DNA of 64,000 nucleotides. Source: Camelus dromedarius (lineage: Eukaryota). The stretch's first letter is position 1. Each line of letters starts with the position of its first letter. Where the stretch lies: NCBI RefSeq assembly GCF_036321535.1, contig NC_087469.1:13454001-13518000 (forward strand), written 5' to 3'. This document shows, one piece after another, positions 25,201-36,835 of this stretch. The notes below the pieces were generated by a model, which was not told the origin of the DNA, searched no databases, and worked only from the letters and a program-made list of their open reading frames with translations. The translations under genes and the position numbers were made by a program.

Positions 25201-25316
25201 AGTATCTTCTAATAACTTTTAATGGAGTATAATCTGTAAAAATACTGAATCATTATGCTGTACACCTGAAACTAATTTAATACTGTAAATCAACTATGCA
25301 TCAATTAAAAAAAAAG
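22233..25316 (+). mobile_element. 5'-truncated L1 (ORF2 RT and C-terminus, 3'UTR, A-tail), interrupted by a solo LTR and a GATA/GACA microsatellite
   Basis: ORF 22644-23426 is L1 RT (LFANNMILHIENP, YMGINLTKDVKDL). ORF 24386-24685 is the ORF2 C-terminus. Masked N run at 22408-22555. Confidence 0.95.
23272..23757 (-). mobile_element. ERV solo LTR, 486 bp
   Basis: Termini TGTGGG…CCCACA form a perfect 6-bp inverted repeat. Perfect 5-bp TSD cttga at 23267-23271 and 23758-23762. L1 sequence rejoins seamlessly across it. Strand inferred from a minus-strand AATAAA near 23400. Confidence 0.9.
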
Positions 25317-26050
25317 GGAGAGCAGAGTCTGGGCAATGAAACGAGGGAGGATAGTACAGCTGGTAAGGGAGTGCTGTCCAGCCGCTGACTATGTATCTAA
25401 GGGGGTGGAGCAAGACAGGCATATTTCCACGTGCCTGTCGGCCATTTACACATGTTCCTCTCGGATGTTCTTTTAAATCACTTGCCAATATATGAAATGG
25501 TCCTTTTATCACTGAGATACACTTTAATTATTAAGTTGTTATATATTTTGGGTACCTTTAAGATATATATATATTGCAAATATTCTTTCAGTCTGTGGCT
25601 TGTCTATGAATATTTTATGATAAACAGATGTTTTAATTTTAATAAAGTTTAATCTTCTTTTCCTATAGGGTTTAGTGCTTTCTAGAATATGCAAAAGATA
25701 TCTCTGCCTACACCAACATACTTTTCTATAGCTTTCTTTTGAAACATCTATGTTTAAGTTTTGTGTCTATTGTTTTGATACATTTTAAATTAATTTTTGT
25801 ATATGGCATTAGAGATCAAGTTTAATAGTTTTCTCAAGAACAGTTAGTATTTCCAGCATGAGTTTCTTAGATTTTTATTTCCCAATGGAGCTATTTATTA
25901 GTTGGGTAAAAAGCAATTAACTGTGTAAGTGAGGATCTTTTTCTGAATCTTCTCTTTTATCCATAATTTGTCTATTTTGTAGCAAAACCAATCGGTCTTG
26001 GTTATCTAAACAGTACAGTAAGCTTTAAAACCAGTAATGCAAGTCCTCTG

Positions 26051-26523
26051 TGTCATTTAAAGTTCTCCAGAAGCAGATGCCAAGAAATAATTAGACTTGT
26101 AAGACTTTTATTGTAGCAAACGTCTGTGAAGGATAAAATAGGAGGGAGTGGGGGTCAGTGATAAAGGCCGTCAGACATGGATGAAAGTCTAACATCTAAG
26201 ACAAGACAGAGAGAAGGAAGGATTGGGTAGAAAAATCTCAGACCACAGTGCAATTCTAAACAGTCTCAATAAGGATGATAGGAAGTCCCTAATGAAGACT
26301 GTCTGTTAGGAGACACCTGTGTTACCCAAGAATGGACCAGCTCCAATATGACCCACCGTGCTAAGCTACTGGTGGAGAACATCTCGGAGTAAGCATGACC
26401 TCTGCCTGAACACTGTGGTGTAGCCAAAGCTGAACTGGCTACATGCTTTCAGGGACTGATGCCCCCACAGCTGGTTATCTTGAAGGGGAGCTAAGCAGCA
26501 CATCAACAGCCTCCATAGTCCAC
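26051..26523 (-). mobile_element. LTR16-like (ERVL) solo LTR; paralogous copy at 54566-55026
   Basis: The minus-strand end …gcatctgcttctggagaact…gaca and the start in copy B (tgtagcagccatag) resemble LTR16 consensus as recalled. Confidence 0.55.
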
Positions 26524-26754
26524 CCCCCAAAAATAAATGATACTCTAAAGTTCTTTTGATTTACTTGTTTACTATTGTGATTGGCTATTATATTTCATTA
26601 TTATTTATAAATGATGAAGCTTATTATTTATTATTATTGTTATTATTGTTGTTACTCAATAAGTTTTTCTTATCCTCTAAATACATCTGGCATTTTATAT
26701 ATACAAATGGGACAAGTACCGGAGACACAGGGAAATTAAAGAAAGCTGCATTAC

Positions 26755-27155
26755 ATGGATGCTCCTGGAGAATGTCATTCTAAGTGAAGTAAGCCAGAAA
26801 GAGAAAGAAAAATACCATATGAGATCGCTCATATGTGGAATCAAAAAAAACAAACAAAAACAAAGCATAAATACAGGACAGAAATAGACTCATAGACAGA
26901 GAATACAGACTTGTGGTTGCCAGGGGGGCGGAGGGTGGGAAGGGATAGACTGGGATTTCAAAATTGTAGAATAGATAAACAAGATTATACTGTATAGCAC
27001 AGGGAAATTTACACAAAACGTTATGGTAACTAACAGAGAAAAAAATGTGACAATGAGTGTGTATATGTCCATGTATGACTGAAAAATTGTGCTGAACACT
27101 GGAATTTCACACAACATTGTAAAATGGATTATAAATCAATAAAAAATGTTAAAAA
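26755..27155 (+). mobile_element. Young L1 3' end with 17-bp TSD
   Basis: TSD aaagaaagctgcattac at 26738-26754 and 27156-27172, at a TT|AAAG endonuclease site. The paralogous site (about 55230-55270) is empty. Confidence 0.92.
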
Positions 27156-27208
27156 AAAGAAAGCTGCATTACTTTAAATCTGTTTATTATCTTTGTGGTG
27201 AGGCAAGG

Positions 27209-27535
27209 TGCTGTGGTCAAATGCTGAAATCCTAACACCCAAAGGTGATGATATTAGCAGGTGGGGCCTTTAGGATGGACTTAAGCCATAAAGATGGAAT
27301 CCTCATAAAAGGGATTAGTGCCTTATAAAAGACATTCCATAGAGATCTCCAGCCACAATGAGCACCATGGTGGCATACAATGAGAAAGGTGCAACACAGA
27401 AAAAGGCTCCCACATACTCATGCTGGTACCCTCATCTTAGACTTCTAACCTCCAGAACTGTGAGAGATAAATTTCTGTGTTTATAAGCCACTGCATCCGT
27501 AGCATTTTGCTACAGCAGACCAAATGGAGTGAGAT
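27209..27535 (+). mobile_element. MaLR solo LTR (MLT1A/MST-like)
   Basis: aggtggggcctttagg…gggattagtgccttataaaaga…gacttctaacctccagaactgtgagagataaatttctg…ttataagccac. Absent from the paralogous block. Confidence 0.8.
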
Positions 27536-28537
27536 ATTGGTTTAAATAAGCTCATAAAACACTGCAAGGAATGTAGTTTATTATCATTAATATAAACCTT
27601 TTTATGATAAATCTTATTATAGAAGTAAAACAATGTCTTACATGTTTCTCCTAGCTTGATGTGCAGTATTTTCCTTTAAGTGATAAATAAACTCTGCAGT
27701 AAGAACTACATGCTCTTTTTCAAAATATTTGATGTCATTTTAGATCGTAATCAATGCCAGTGTTATAATAAACCAACCTCTTACTGGGGTCATAAGGTGC
27801 ATATGTATTATCCCTTTAATCATACTGTTAACGCCATCTTTGGCAGTTAAAGGTGGAGCTACATGTATTTTCTTCGATATTAAATGAACTGGGCTGATAG
27901 AGGCTCTCAAAAACAGGTGGTTTATGGTATAGATTTTGCCATACCCAAAGGGAACAAAATATAAAAAGGACAAAATATAAAAGGACAAATATATTAAAAG
28001 GACAAAATATAGAAAGAAAACTGATAAGAAAAATAGAGCAGAAGGAAAAGACCAGGGGATTCGATCATACTTTAAGCTATACAACAGTCTGTATTGAAGA
28101 CATTGTATTGACTCCTCTTCCCTATATCGGTAACAGTATTGATAAGAATGAGAATGCTTATCAAGAAGTATTTGGCACTTCTATGTTTTGGTAAGCAAGC
28201 TGTAATTTTAACTTTCTGTGATTTATGATTCACCATATTTGTCCAGATTAAGAATTACCCAGAAAATAGAAGTATGATAAAATGATTTTTTAAAAAGGTC
28301 AGCATATTGGTTCCTTTCATAAACACATCATTAGTTATTTAGTACACTGACGTAAGGTGCAAGAGATGCAGAGGCCAAATACGAGACAAGATCAGCTACA
28401 AGGAAAATGTTAAAAGAAATCTATTTTACCACATATAATACAATATGTAGAAGCAACATGGTGATAAAGATTCTTCTTGAAAAACACCAATGAAATTAAA
28501 TCATAAATTGAATTTCTTTACAATATTGCTGCTTCAA

Positions 28538-29482
28538 TTAGGACATGCTTCTCCTCTGGATTTTAAACAGGGATTTCCTAAGTGCAACCTTGACATCCTT
28601 GTTCCTCAAACTGTAGATCAGGGGATTGAGCATGGGTCCCGTATGAGTATAGAAAACAGAAGAAACTTTTCCCTGCTCCATAGATCCAGGAGAAGAACAT
28701 TTAAGATACATGAATGCTGCTGACCCATATAAAATAGAAAGAGCAATGACGTGGGAGCTACAGGTACTGAAGGCTTTCGATCTTCCTTGAGCAGATCTGA
28801 TGTGAAGAATGCTAGTGAGGATGAAGATGTAAGAAACCAGGATGGTGACACTGGGTACCGCAATATTAATACTTACCACAATAAGAACTACTAACTCGTT
28901 GACATAAGTGCTGGTGCAAGAGAGCTGGAGGAGTGGGAGGATGTCACACAAGTAATGGTTGATGATATTAACATTGCAGAAGGTTAGTCTGAGCATGCAC
29001 CCGGTGTGGGCAGAGGCTCCGGCAAATCCCATCACATATGCAGCCAGAGACAGCACCACACAGACCCGACGGGACATGGTGACCTTATACAGCAACGGAT
29101 TACAGATGGCCACATAGCGATCATAGGCCATTGAGGTCAACATATAACATTCAGAGATGACAAAAAAGAGAAAGAAAAACAGCTGAGTCATGCACCCGAC
29201 ATAGGAGATGATATTCTTCATGGACACAAAGTTCATCAGCATCTTGGGGGTGAAAACAGATGAGTAACAGAGATCAACGAAGGACAAGTTGAAGAGGAAA
29301 TAGTACATGGGGGTGTGGAGGTGAGAATTCAGACCAATAAGAATGATCAAGCCAAGATTGCCCACCAAGGTGACAATGTAGATCATCAGAAACAAGCAAA
29401 AGAGGGGTTGCTGGAGCTCTGGACGGTCTGTTAACCCGGCAAGAATAAATTCAGTCACTAAGGAGTCATTTCTAGCCAGCAT
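28538..29482 (-). CDS. OR8B3: Olfactory receptor OR8B2/OR8B3-like, copy A, 314 aa (likely start MLARNDS at 29482)
   Basis: [19 protein letters not shown]…KIQRR closely matches human OR8B2/3 as recalled. An acceptor (tcttctgttctcacag) ending at 29499 makes the 115-codon upstream extension intronic. Confidence 0.93.
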   Translation of the reverse strand: MLARNDSLVTEFILAGLTDRPELQQPLFCLFLMIYIVTLVGNLGLIILIGLNSHLHTPMYYFLFNLSFVDLCYSSVFTPKMLMNFVSMKNIISYVGCMTQLFFFLFFVISECYMLTSMAYDRYVAICNPLLYKVTMSRRVCVVLSLAAYVMGFAGASAHTGCMLRLTFCNVNIINHYLCDILPLLQLSCTSTYVNELVVLIVVSINIAVPSVTILVSYIFILTSILHIRSAQGRSKAFSTCSSHVIALSILYGSAAFMYLKCSSPGSMEQGKVSSVFYTHTGPMLNPLIYSLRNKDVKVALRKSLFKIQRRSMS

Positions 29483-29867
29483 TCTCAACTTCGGAAATCT
29501 GTGAGAACAGAAGACAACTCCATTAATAGGAACACAGCTCTGTCCTGACAAACTGTCTTTTATATGAGCGTTATGAGAAACAGACTCAGACTGGCAGAAA
29601 TCACAGAAGTCCTCCTTTGCTTCATAGGGTCTGAAGGTACTGCCACACACACCCCTCAGCACTGAAATCACTGCCTTTGGTTGCGTGAGCTGCGTGTTAC
29701 AAAGAACTGCTCTATCTTTACTAGAAGACAGAGGGGCGGAGCCGACGAGGAACGAGCCTACCTGATGGTGAGCTTCAGGAGTGGGGATGCATCCCTGTCT
29801 CTCCCTCCTGTTCATCTGATCCCTCACTTCCTAGTTCCTGGTCATGTTTCCATTACCCTACGAGATA

Positions 29868-30150
29868 AACCTAAACCTATCCTGAAAGAAATACTGAAAG
29901 GTCTTCTCTAAATAAAAAGCAGGAATCTACAGAGCAGAGAAAACCACAATTGGAAATGCAGTAACTACAATAAACAGCAAGAGAATAAACATGAAGATGC
30001 AAAAGGGGACATCAGAATCAAAATGTGGGAGAGGGGAAGCAAGAAAATGGAGATTTTTAAAATTCTTTTTAGCATTTTGAGTCTATATGCTTACCAGCGT
30101 AAAGCAAATAAATACAGTAATGGGTTAACATACTTGAAAAACAGGGTATC
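29868..30150 (+). mobile_element. Internal L1 fragment (ORF1 end plus inter-ORF spacer) between 17-bp direct repeats; also at 58830-59112
   Basis: Encodes KPILKEILKGLL-stop, an L1 ORF1 C-terminus. Flanks are cattaccctacgagata (29851-29867) and catcaccctactagata (30151-30167). Confidence 0.7.
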
Positions 30151-31462
30151 CATCACCCTACTAGATACCTCAGTTCCCCTGTGATGACCTACAACAAAAG
30201 AGAGGATTTCTATGAGGCAGAGACCCATATACATATTTGCTGCCAGGAAGTCTCTCAGTCTATAAGGTTTTCAGATGCTTAACTACAAGAATCCAGGAAG
30301 TCAATGATCAGTAACAGGTACTGAGGTGAACCCTTGGACCCTAAGCTTTGTACTTAATCGTACACTCCAGTGTTTCCACACACTCTCCTCCTCCCTTCCA
30401 TCCTAGCTGGACAGAGAATGAATAAAGGAAGGTGGGTGTGCTTTCCTTGGTTTCGTAGGACAGCATGGAAGAGAAATGTAATTAATTTAATTGCCGATTA
30501 GGTTAGTTGTTATGTTTGTGGAAATATGCCAAGCTGTACACTTATTATGTATGTCAACTTTTCTATATGTATATTTCAACTAAGAAATTCTTAGAAACTG
30601 ATTTCTTCTTCTTCTGACGTTGCTATGTTCTGGGTTTGTCACTTGGAACTGCTACCGTTCTCCTGCTACCAGAATGAGGATGAAGCCAACACAGAGGGTG
30701 TGCTGAGAACAATGCAGGCAGTCGCATCAGAGCTCCACACTTCGGAGTTTCTTGTTTTTCAGTATCAATCCTTTCCCTCATTTTTCAGTAACAGAGAGAG
30801 TCAAAAACAGACACTTGGCTAACTCACTCTGTTTGCACTGAGGAGACTCAGTCCTGGCCCTGTCGGCGTGTTTCACCTCCACTGTCCTGGAAGAAGAACG
30901 GGCTTTGCAGATATCAAGGCTGAGCAGATGTAGTCACAGAGTCTTCTCCCTTTATTGGTAAAAGAATCATAGCCCAGATACCACGGTCTGAATCACAGCA
31001 GTCAGTCTATGGTTCAGATTAACTTTGTGGTTATAAATTTATTAAGAGACTGTGAAGGGAATCCACAGACTTGGTATCTGAGCCACCGTGTCACACAGCA
31101 CATGGCATCTGCTAAAGGCTTATAATTCTTCTGGACCTGATTAGAAATTCAGGTGTAGCTATCCCCCTAGGATCTTCCCCTCACGGTAAGCTTTTCAGGG
31201 AAGAGCAGAGGGTGAGTATTTACACTGCAATTGTGACAGTAAATGTTAATTTTCCATCAGAGATTATATATCCCCCAGAGCATAGAAGAAAGGATCCTTC
31301 CTCTCCTGTCCCTCATAAAGATGCAAATAATTAATGTCATTGAAAATTCACTAATTATAAGTCTAGGTTAACATTATTTTTAAGAATTTAAGTTCATAAA
31401 TATATATGAACATTTCAGAAAAGTTTACTTATTATGGTCCTTTAAAATATTTGAGTCCCTTT

Positions 31463-32310
31463 TTTTTTCATGATTTTCATCTGCTTTATTTTTTTTAAAC
31501 ATTTTTTATTGATTTATAACCATTTTACAATGTTGTGTCAAATTCCAGTGTTCAGCACAATTTTTCAGTCATTCATGGACATATACACACTCATTGTCAC
31601 ATTTTTTTCTCTGTGAGTTATCATTACATTTTGTGTATATTTCCCTGAGCTATACAGTGTAATCTTGTTTATCTATTCTACAATTTTGAAATCCCAGTCT
31701 ATCCCTTCCCACCCTCCACCCTCCTGGTAACCACAAGTCTGTATTCTCTGTCTGTGAGTCTATTTCTGTGCTGTACTTACGCTTTGTTTTTGTTTGTTTG
31801 TTTTTGTTTTTGTTTTTTAGATTCCACATATGAGCGATCTCATATGGTATTTTTCTTTCTCTTTCTGGCTTACTTCACTTAGAATGNNNNNNNNNNNNNN
31901 NNNNNNNNNNNNNNNNNNNNNNNNNNNNNNNNNNNNNNNNNNNNNNNNNNNNNNNNNNNNNNNNNNNNNNNNNNNNNNNNNNNNNNNNNNNNNNNNNNNN
32001 NNNNNNNNNNNNNNNNNNNNNNNNNNNNNNNNNNNNNNNNNNNNNNNNNNNNNNNNNNNNNNNNNNNNNNNNNNNTCCTGAAGTAGATTTCCTTCTGGAT
32101 ACAAGCCCAGGAGTGGGATTCCTGGGTCATATGGTAAGTCTATTCCTAGTCTTTTGAGGAATCTCCACACTGTTTTCCATAGTGGCTGCACCAAACTGCA
32201 TTCCCACCAGCAGTGTAGGACGGTTCCCCTTTCTCCACAGCCTCTCCAGCATTTGTCATTTGTGGATTTTTGAATGACGGCCATTCTGACTGGTGTGAGG
32301 TGATACCTCA
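31463..32310 (-). mobile_element. Young 5'-truncated L1 (ORF2 C-terminus plus 3'UTR) with 12-bp TSD, in copy A only
   Basis: [14 protein letters not shown]…CWRGCGE…HCWWEC. TSD ttgagtcccttt at 31451-31462 and 32311-32322. The site is empty at about 60409-60420. Masked N run at 31887-32075. Confidence 0.95.
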
Positions 32311-32599
32311 TTGAGTCCCTTTAAATTATCAGTTTTTTTTGCAAATTTTACAGACATAAATCGAAGGATCTTTTTATTTGATTTCAGAGATGACTGCCTA
32401 ATAAAACATTTACTGGTACAATAATTCCATGGAAATGGAATTACCTTGGGCTGTTCTGACGCTGTATTTGCTTTTAATAGATTAAAATCAAATCTATAAG
32501 AAAAATCAGTTAATCAGCTTCCATTACAAAGAAACATGACTTTATAATTTCCATGTATGTGTTAACTTATAATCACGCTTGTGAGAAGTCGAATTTTTA

Positions 32600-33440
32600 A
32601 AATTTTCAAATTATTTTAGATTCACAGGAAACTTCAAAACTTAGTGATAGAGTCCCTTAAAATCCACCCAGCCTCCTACCACGGTGACATGTTCTACAAC
32701 CGCAGAACAGCAGCAACACCAGGAAACTGACAGTGGTATAAGGTTAACAGGGTATGGGACTACGGATGTTATTCAGCATTAGGTAATTCTGCACGCAGCA
32801 TGTGTTTGTGTTGTGTGTATGATCCTTTTAATGTGCTGTTGGATTGGTTTGCGAGAATTCCGTTGAGAATTTTTGCATCTATGTTTATCAGAGAGACTGG
32901 CCTGTAGTTTTCAGTTCTCATAGTCTTTACCTGGCATTGTTGTGAAGGCAATTCTGGTTGTAACTGAGTTTGATGGTGTTCCCTTTCTTCAATTGTTGGA
33001 AGCATTTTAGAAGTTTTGGTCTTACTCTTGCTTAAATGTTTGGTACAATTCACAAGTNNNNNNNNNNNNNNNNNNNNNNNNNNNNNNNNNNNNNNNNNNN
33101 NNNNNNNNNNNNNNNNNNNNNNNNNNNNNNNNNNNNNNNNNNNNNNNNNNNNNNNNNNNNNNNNNNNNNNNNNNNNNNNNNNNNNNNNNNNNNNNNNNNN
33201 NCTGTTTCTTCTAGATTATCCAATTTGTTTGTGCATAATTGTTCATAGTAGTCTTATGATCTTTGGTACTACTGTGGTATCAGCTGTAATGTTTCCTCTT
33301 CATCATATCATTACCGTCTTTGTTTCATGCTATAGCTGTCGAGTTAAAGTTTATTTTGTCTGATATAAGTATAGTTACTGTTACTGTTTTTTGGTTTCCA
33401 CTTGTATAGACTATCTTTTTTCACACCCCCATTTTCAGTC
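32600..33440 (-). mobile_element. Old L1M fragments (3' part and ORF2 RT N-terminus)
   Basis: ENYRPVSLINIDAKIL; same sequence at 60700-61538. Masked N run at 33058-33201. Confidence 0.85.
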
Positions 33441-36400
33441 AACATTGTAAACTGACTATAACTCAATAAAAAAATTATAATAGAATATATTTAATATATA
33501 TTAAACTGTCTCACAGAAATTAATATTGATGTTTAAATATGTGTATTATTATTGCTTTATTTGAATTTTTTAATCTAATAAATTTGGACAAGTTTAATGT
33601 GCTAATTTGCATTTACATTTCTTTTGCTATTTGTCCACTGAATGATTTTTGGCTACTTTTTTTATGGGCTACCAGTCTTTTCTGTATTAATTAAAAAGGA
33701 ATCCATGTACTTTTGTTTTGGTCAGCTAAACTCCTTATGCTCTTCTCCACTGGTTCTGACTTTTCCTTGGGGAGTTAAGAGAATCATCCTAATAAGATTA
33801 CTAATGAATATTTTAATCATAAAGTGGGTCTTCTGTCACTTTTCATAAGACTTACTTAGAATTTCTCAGTCATACTTTTTAATTTTGAATCTTTGTCATT
33901 TTTTATTCTATTTATATTCATTATAGACTTGCTTTTTTCCTACACTGATTCGTATCTAGTTTTCTAAATTTCTAGTGTACATGAAAGAGGAATGAAACAC
34001 TCCTTTCTCCTTCCTGATATTCCTCCCATGTGTAGGAATAAGTTACTCTGACACTCCACATCCTGCTTTACACCCTTATACATACCTCCAGGGAAGCTGG
34101 AGTGACTTATCTGATTGGTTAGTTTCAAAGGAGGAACTATTCCCTTTCTTTGCGAGAGTTAGCATATTTCCAGAAAGACTATATTCTTGGTTGGCTTTTT
34201 TCCTATACAGTACCACCTCTACTGGAAGAGACCTGCAGGAAGCTTTCTGTGATCATAGTAGAAAATCTGTCTAATTCTGAGCTTAGTATTAAGAAGTTCA
34301 CTTGCCCCCAAATACACCTTTTCCAACAATAAGGATATAATAAAGATATTTTGGTCTTCACTTGACAGATTGTTAATTTACCTTCTCTATTAGTGCAGAA
34401 CAAGAGCTTTATATTTTACTTCCTCAAACAACTGTACCTTGTGCATTGGACTAGGGTTACAAAGACTTTAACAAGAGAAATAGATTTAGGAGCAAAAATG
34501 CACCTAAGAGTACTGGGCTTCTGATGGGGAGACAGGGTTTTTACCTGAGTGGCATGAAGTGACATCTTTTTTGCAACGTTTTTATAGTTTAGCATAATTT
34601 TTAATTAACAGGATTCCAGCAGGTGGCTATGAGTCTAAAACTCTCACAATGTGGGATTTTAACCTCCAGAGGTGCATCATACTGTGGGTTTGTTCAAAGG
34701 TGAGTAATTTACGTGGGTGCACATTCACTTCTGCAGAGGCCACACTGCTAGTGCTGGGTCTTAACCAAAGGCGAATGCCTCAGCAGAAGTTAAGCTCCTT
34801 GAAAAAAGGGAGCTAAGCGAGCCTCCACATAGCCATGCACCTATGGACCTTGGCAAATGTAGGCTGGGTAAGTTGGACCAGCTTCAGCGAGGGCATGAGC
34901 AGACAGTGCTGCAGCTTAAACTTGGCATGTAGAGGAACCTTTTCCCAAGAAGGTAATGATTTGATTATGAGGAAAACAAAACCTTTATATATACACATAT
35001 ATTTTTTTTTAAGAAAAGAGAGGGTAGAACAATCCTTCATTGTTTTTGCTCTATTTCCAGCCCTATATTCAAGAAATACTAGTTCCAAAACCAGTAGAGC
35101 AGATCGGCCAGGTTGCTGTAAACTGCGTTTGAGACCCAGACGTGAAACTGTGGTGAGCCTCACTGAATTACTGCGGCTTCTGCACAGGCTCAAGAACTAG
35201 TTCCCACCAGGGGTTCACTCAAATTGTCCCTGGATTTGTCAAATACATAAGCTCTGATCAGGACTTTAGATTTTTGTCTTCTACTATGGAGCTTCCCTTT
35301 AAACGGGTGGTAGATTTCATTAATGAGCAAATAAAAATGGGCAGAGGTCTTACTGTGAAAAGAATACTGTACCTTATTACACTAAGAAAGAGAAGTGGGT
35401 CAACTAAAATACTGCAAACCTAAAAGGTAAGAAGTAACTTACAGATATGGATTTGAAACACTCTTTCTAGGTAGCAAGTCTGTTTAGGAAATCAAGTGAT
35501 TTAAAAATGTTGCTTCAGTTTTATAATCATAGTAAGAACAGCAGAAAAAAGAAAAGAAAATAAAGTAGAACAAGTTAATTAAACTGAAGAGAGAGAGAGA
35601 GGGGAGAGGACAGACCACAAACCAATGTATTAGAAAATGGTAACTTAAAGGCCAGGAACCTAGATCCAGGACTCTAGTCACTGAAATATTAAAGCCACCG
35701 AAAAAAAGTTAATAGCACATATTTCCCTTAAAGACTGAATGATCTAACCAAGAGAATGAATATATGAATGGATGTGTGATTTCAACTCCCTTAGTCATCA
35801 TGGCCACAGTCCTCAGACTACCTAAGGAGCTAATGGTCCTTGAAAAGTGATATCCACTGAATAAATTACATTCAAATGGAAGCAGTCTAATCGTTAGAGT
35901 GCAAATAAGTTTTTAAGAATTTTTCTTATTCTAAATACTAAAATGCAGCTAATGCAGACAAGGTGGTCACATTCACTTTTTAAGTAGCTGTACTATTTAC
36001 TTATAGTGACTCTACTGTCATCAAAAATTCTTAATTCTCTGCAGTTAACCAGTCTACCTCACACTTCATTTTTGCAGAAGTATGAATATTACACTATCCA
36101 TGTACATTTTAATCTCATTAAATGTGTTCATCATTCCAGCCTCTAGAGGTCTTTGTGAAGAAACATGATTCTTTCATCCATTAAATTAACTCTTCTCACA
36201 ACTTCACCTCATCTGCAAATCTGATTAAAACTTTTTTTGGTACTCTTCTTCACGTCACTGAACAAAGACAAAACTGCTAAATCACATAGCTTAATTCCCA
36301 GCTGCCTAAGGTATGCATCTCTAAGACAGAATCCTATACTTAAGAGTAGAGTAATCTGGACGTTATGCACTGATGGCTGGAATGATGATGTCCCAGGGCA

Positions 36401-36802
36401 AGGAACCACCAATGAAGTGTGTTTCTGTTCTCCAAGAGAGCTGGATTCCTGCACCAAAGGGAAATGGTGGATACAGGCAAATTCAAAGGATGATTAAAAA
36501 CTAGGACTCATATTGAAGGTAGGAAAGAGCTATACATTCCAGGAGAAAAGAAACAGCATTGCTTTCCTTAAAATGATGACTCTAATACAAAATAAAAAGT
36601 AAGTTCAACTCCCCACGTTGGAGCCACACTCTACTAGACTTTGTACAGAAAAGCCATAGCCTAAGTGATGGCCTCCAAAGACAGGCAATGTGAGACTTCA
36701 GGTTAATTATTGTTCATCCTTACTGAATCTGATACGACTAGGCTAACGGGCATCTCTTATCCTCACCCTCACCCTCACCTCTCACCCTAAACCTAGTGCA
36801 TC

Positions 36803-36804
36803 CA

Positions 36805-36834
<30 letters not shown>
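36803..36834. repeat. (CT)n microsatellite
   Basis: ctctctctgtctctctctctctctctctctc; ends approximate. Confidence 0.85.

Positions 36835-36835
<1 letters not shown>

Larger units (their letters stand above)
25320..28537 (+). repeat. Ancient low-copy paralogous block Y, the 3' flank of OR8B3-like copy A (partner at about 53810-57499)
   Basis: About 75-80% collinear similarity, with a shared old L1 and LTR16-like element and different later insertions. Confidence 0.88.
28781..33440 (+). repeat. High-identity duplicated block, copy A (partner at about 57743-61538)
   Basis: About 0.5% divergence to about 30070, about 3% to 31450 and about 4% after 32323. Homology stops at ttcagtc (33440/61538). 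Confidence 0.95.

Noticed and set aside
29483-29827. 115-aa N-terminal extension of OR8B3-like copy A (63 aa in copy B), suggesting a fusion receptor
   Set aside because: A canonical splice acceptor lies 16 nt before the conserved MLARND start. The extension has no recognisable domain, and a CAG-to-TAG change truncates it in the near-identical copy B.
34813-35200. Overlapping 126-aa and 121-aa ORFs on opposite strands
   Set aside because: No recognisable domain, they span an AT-rich low-complexity patch, and this length is expected by chance.
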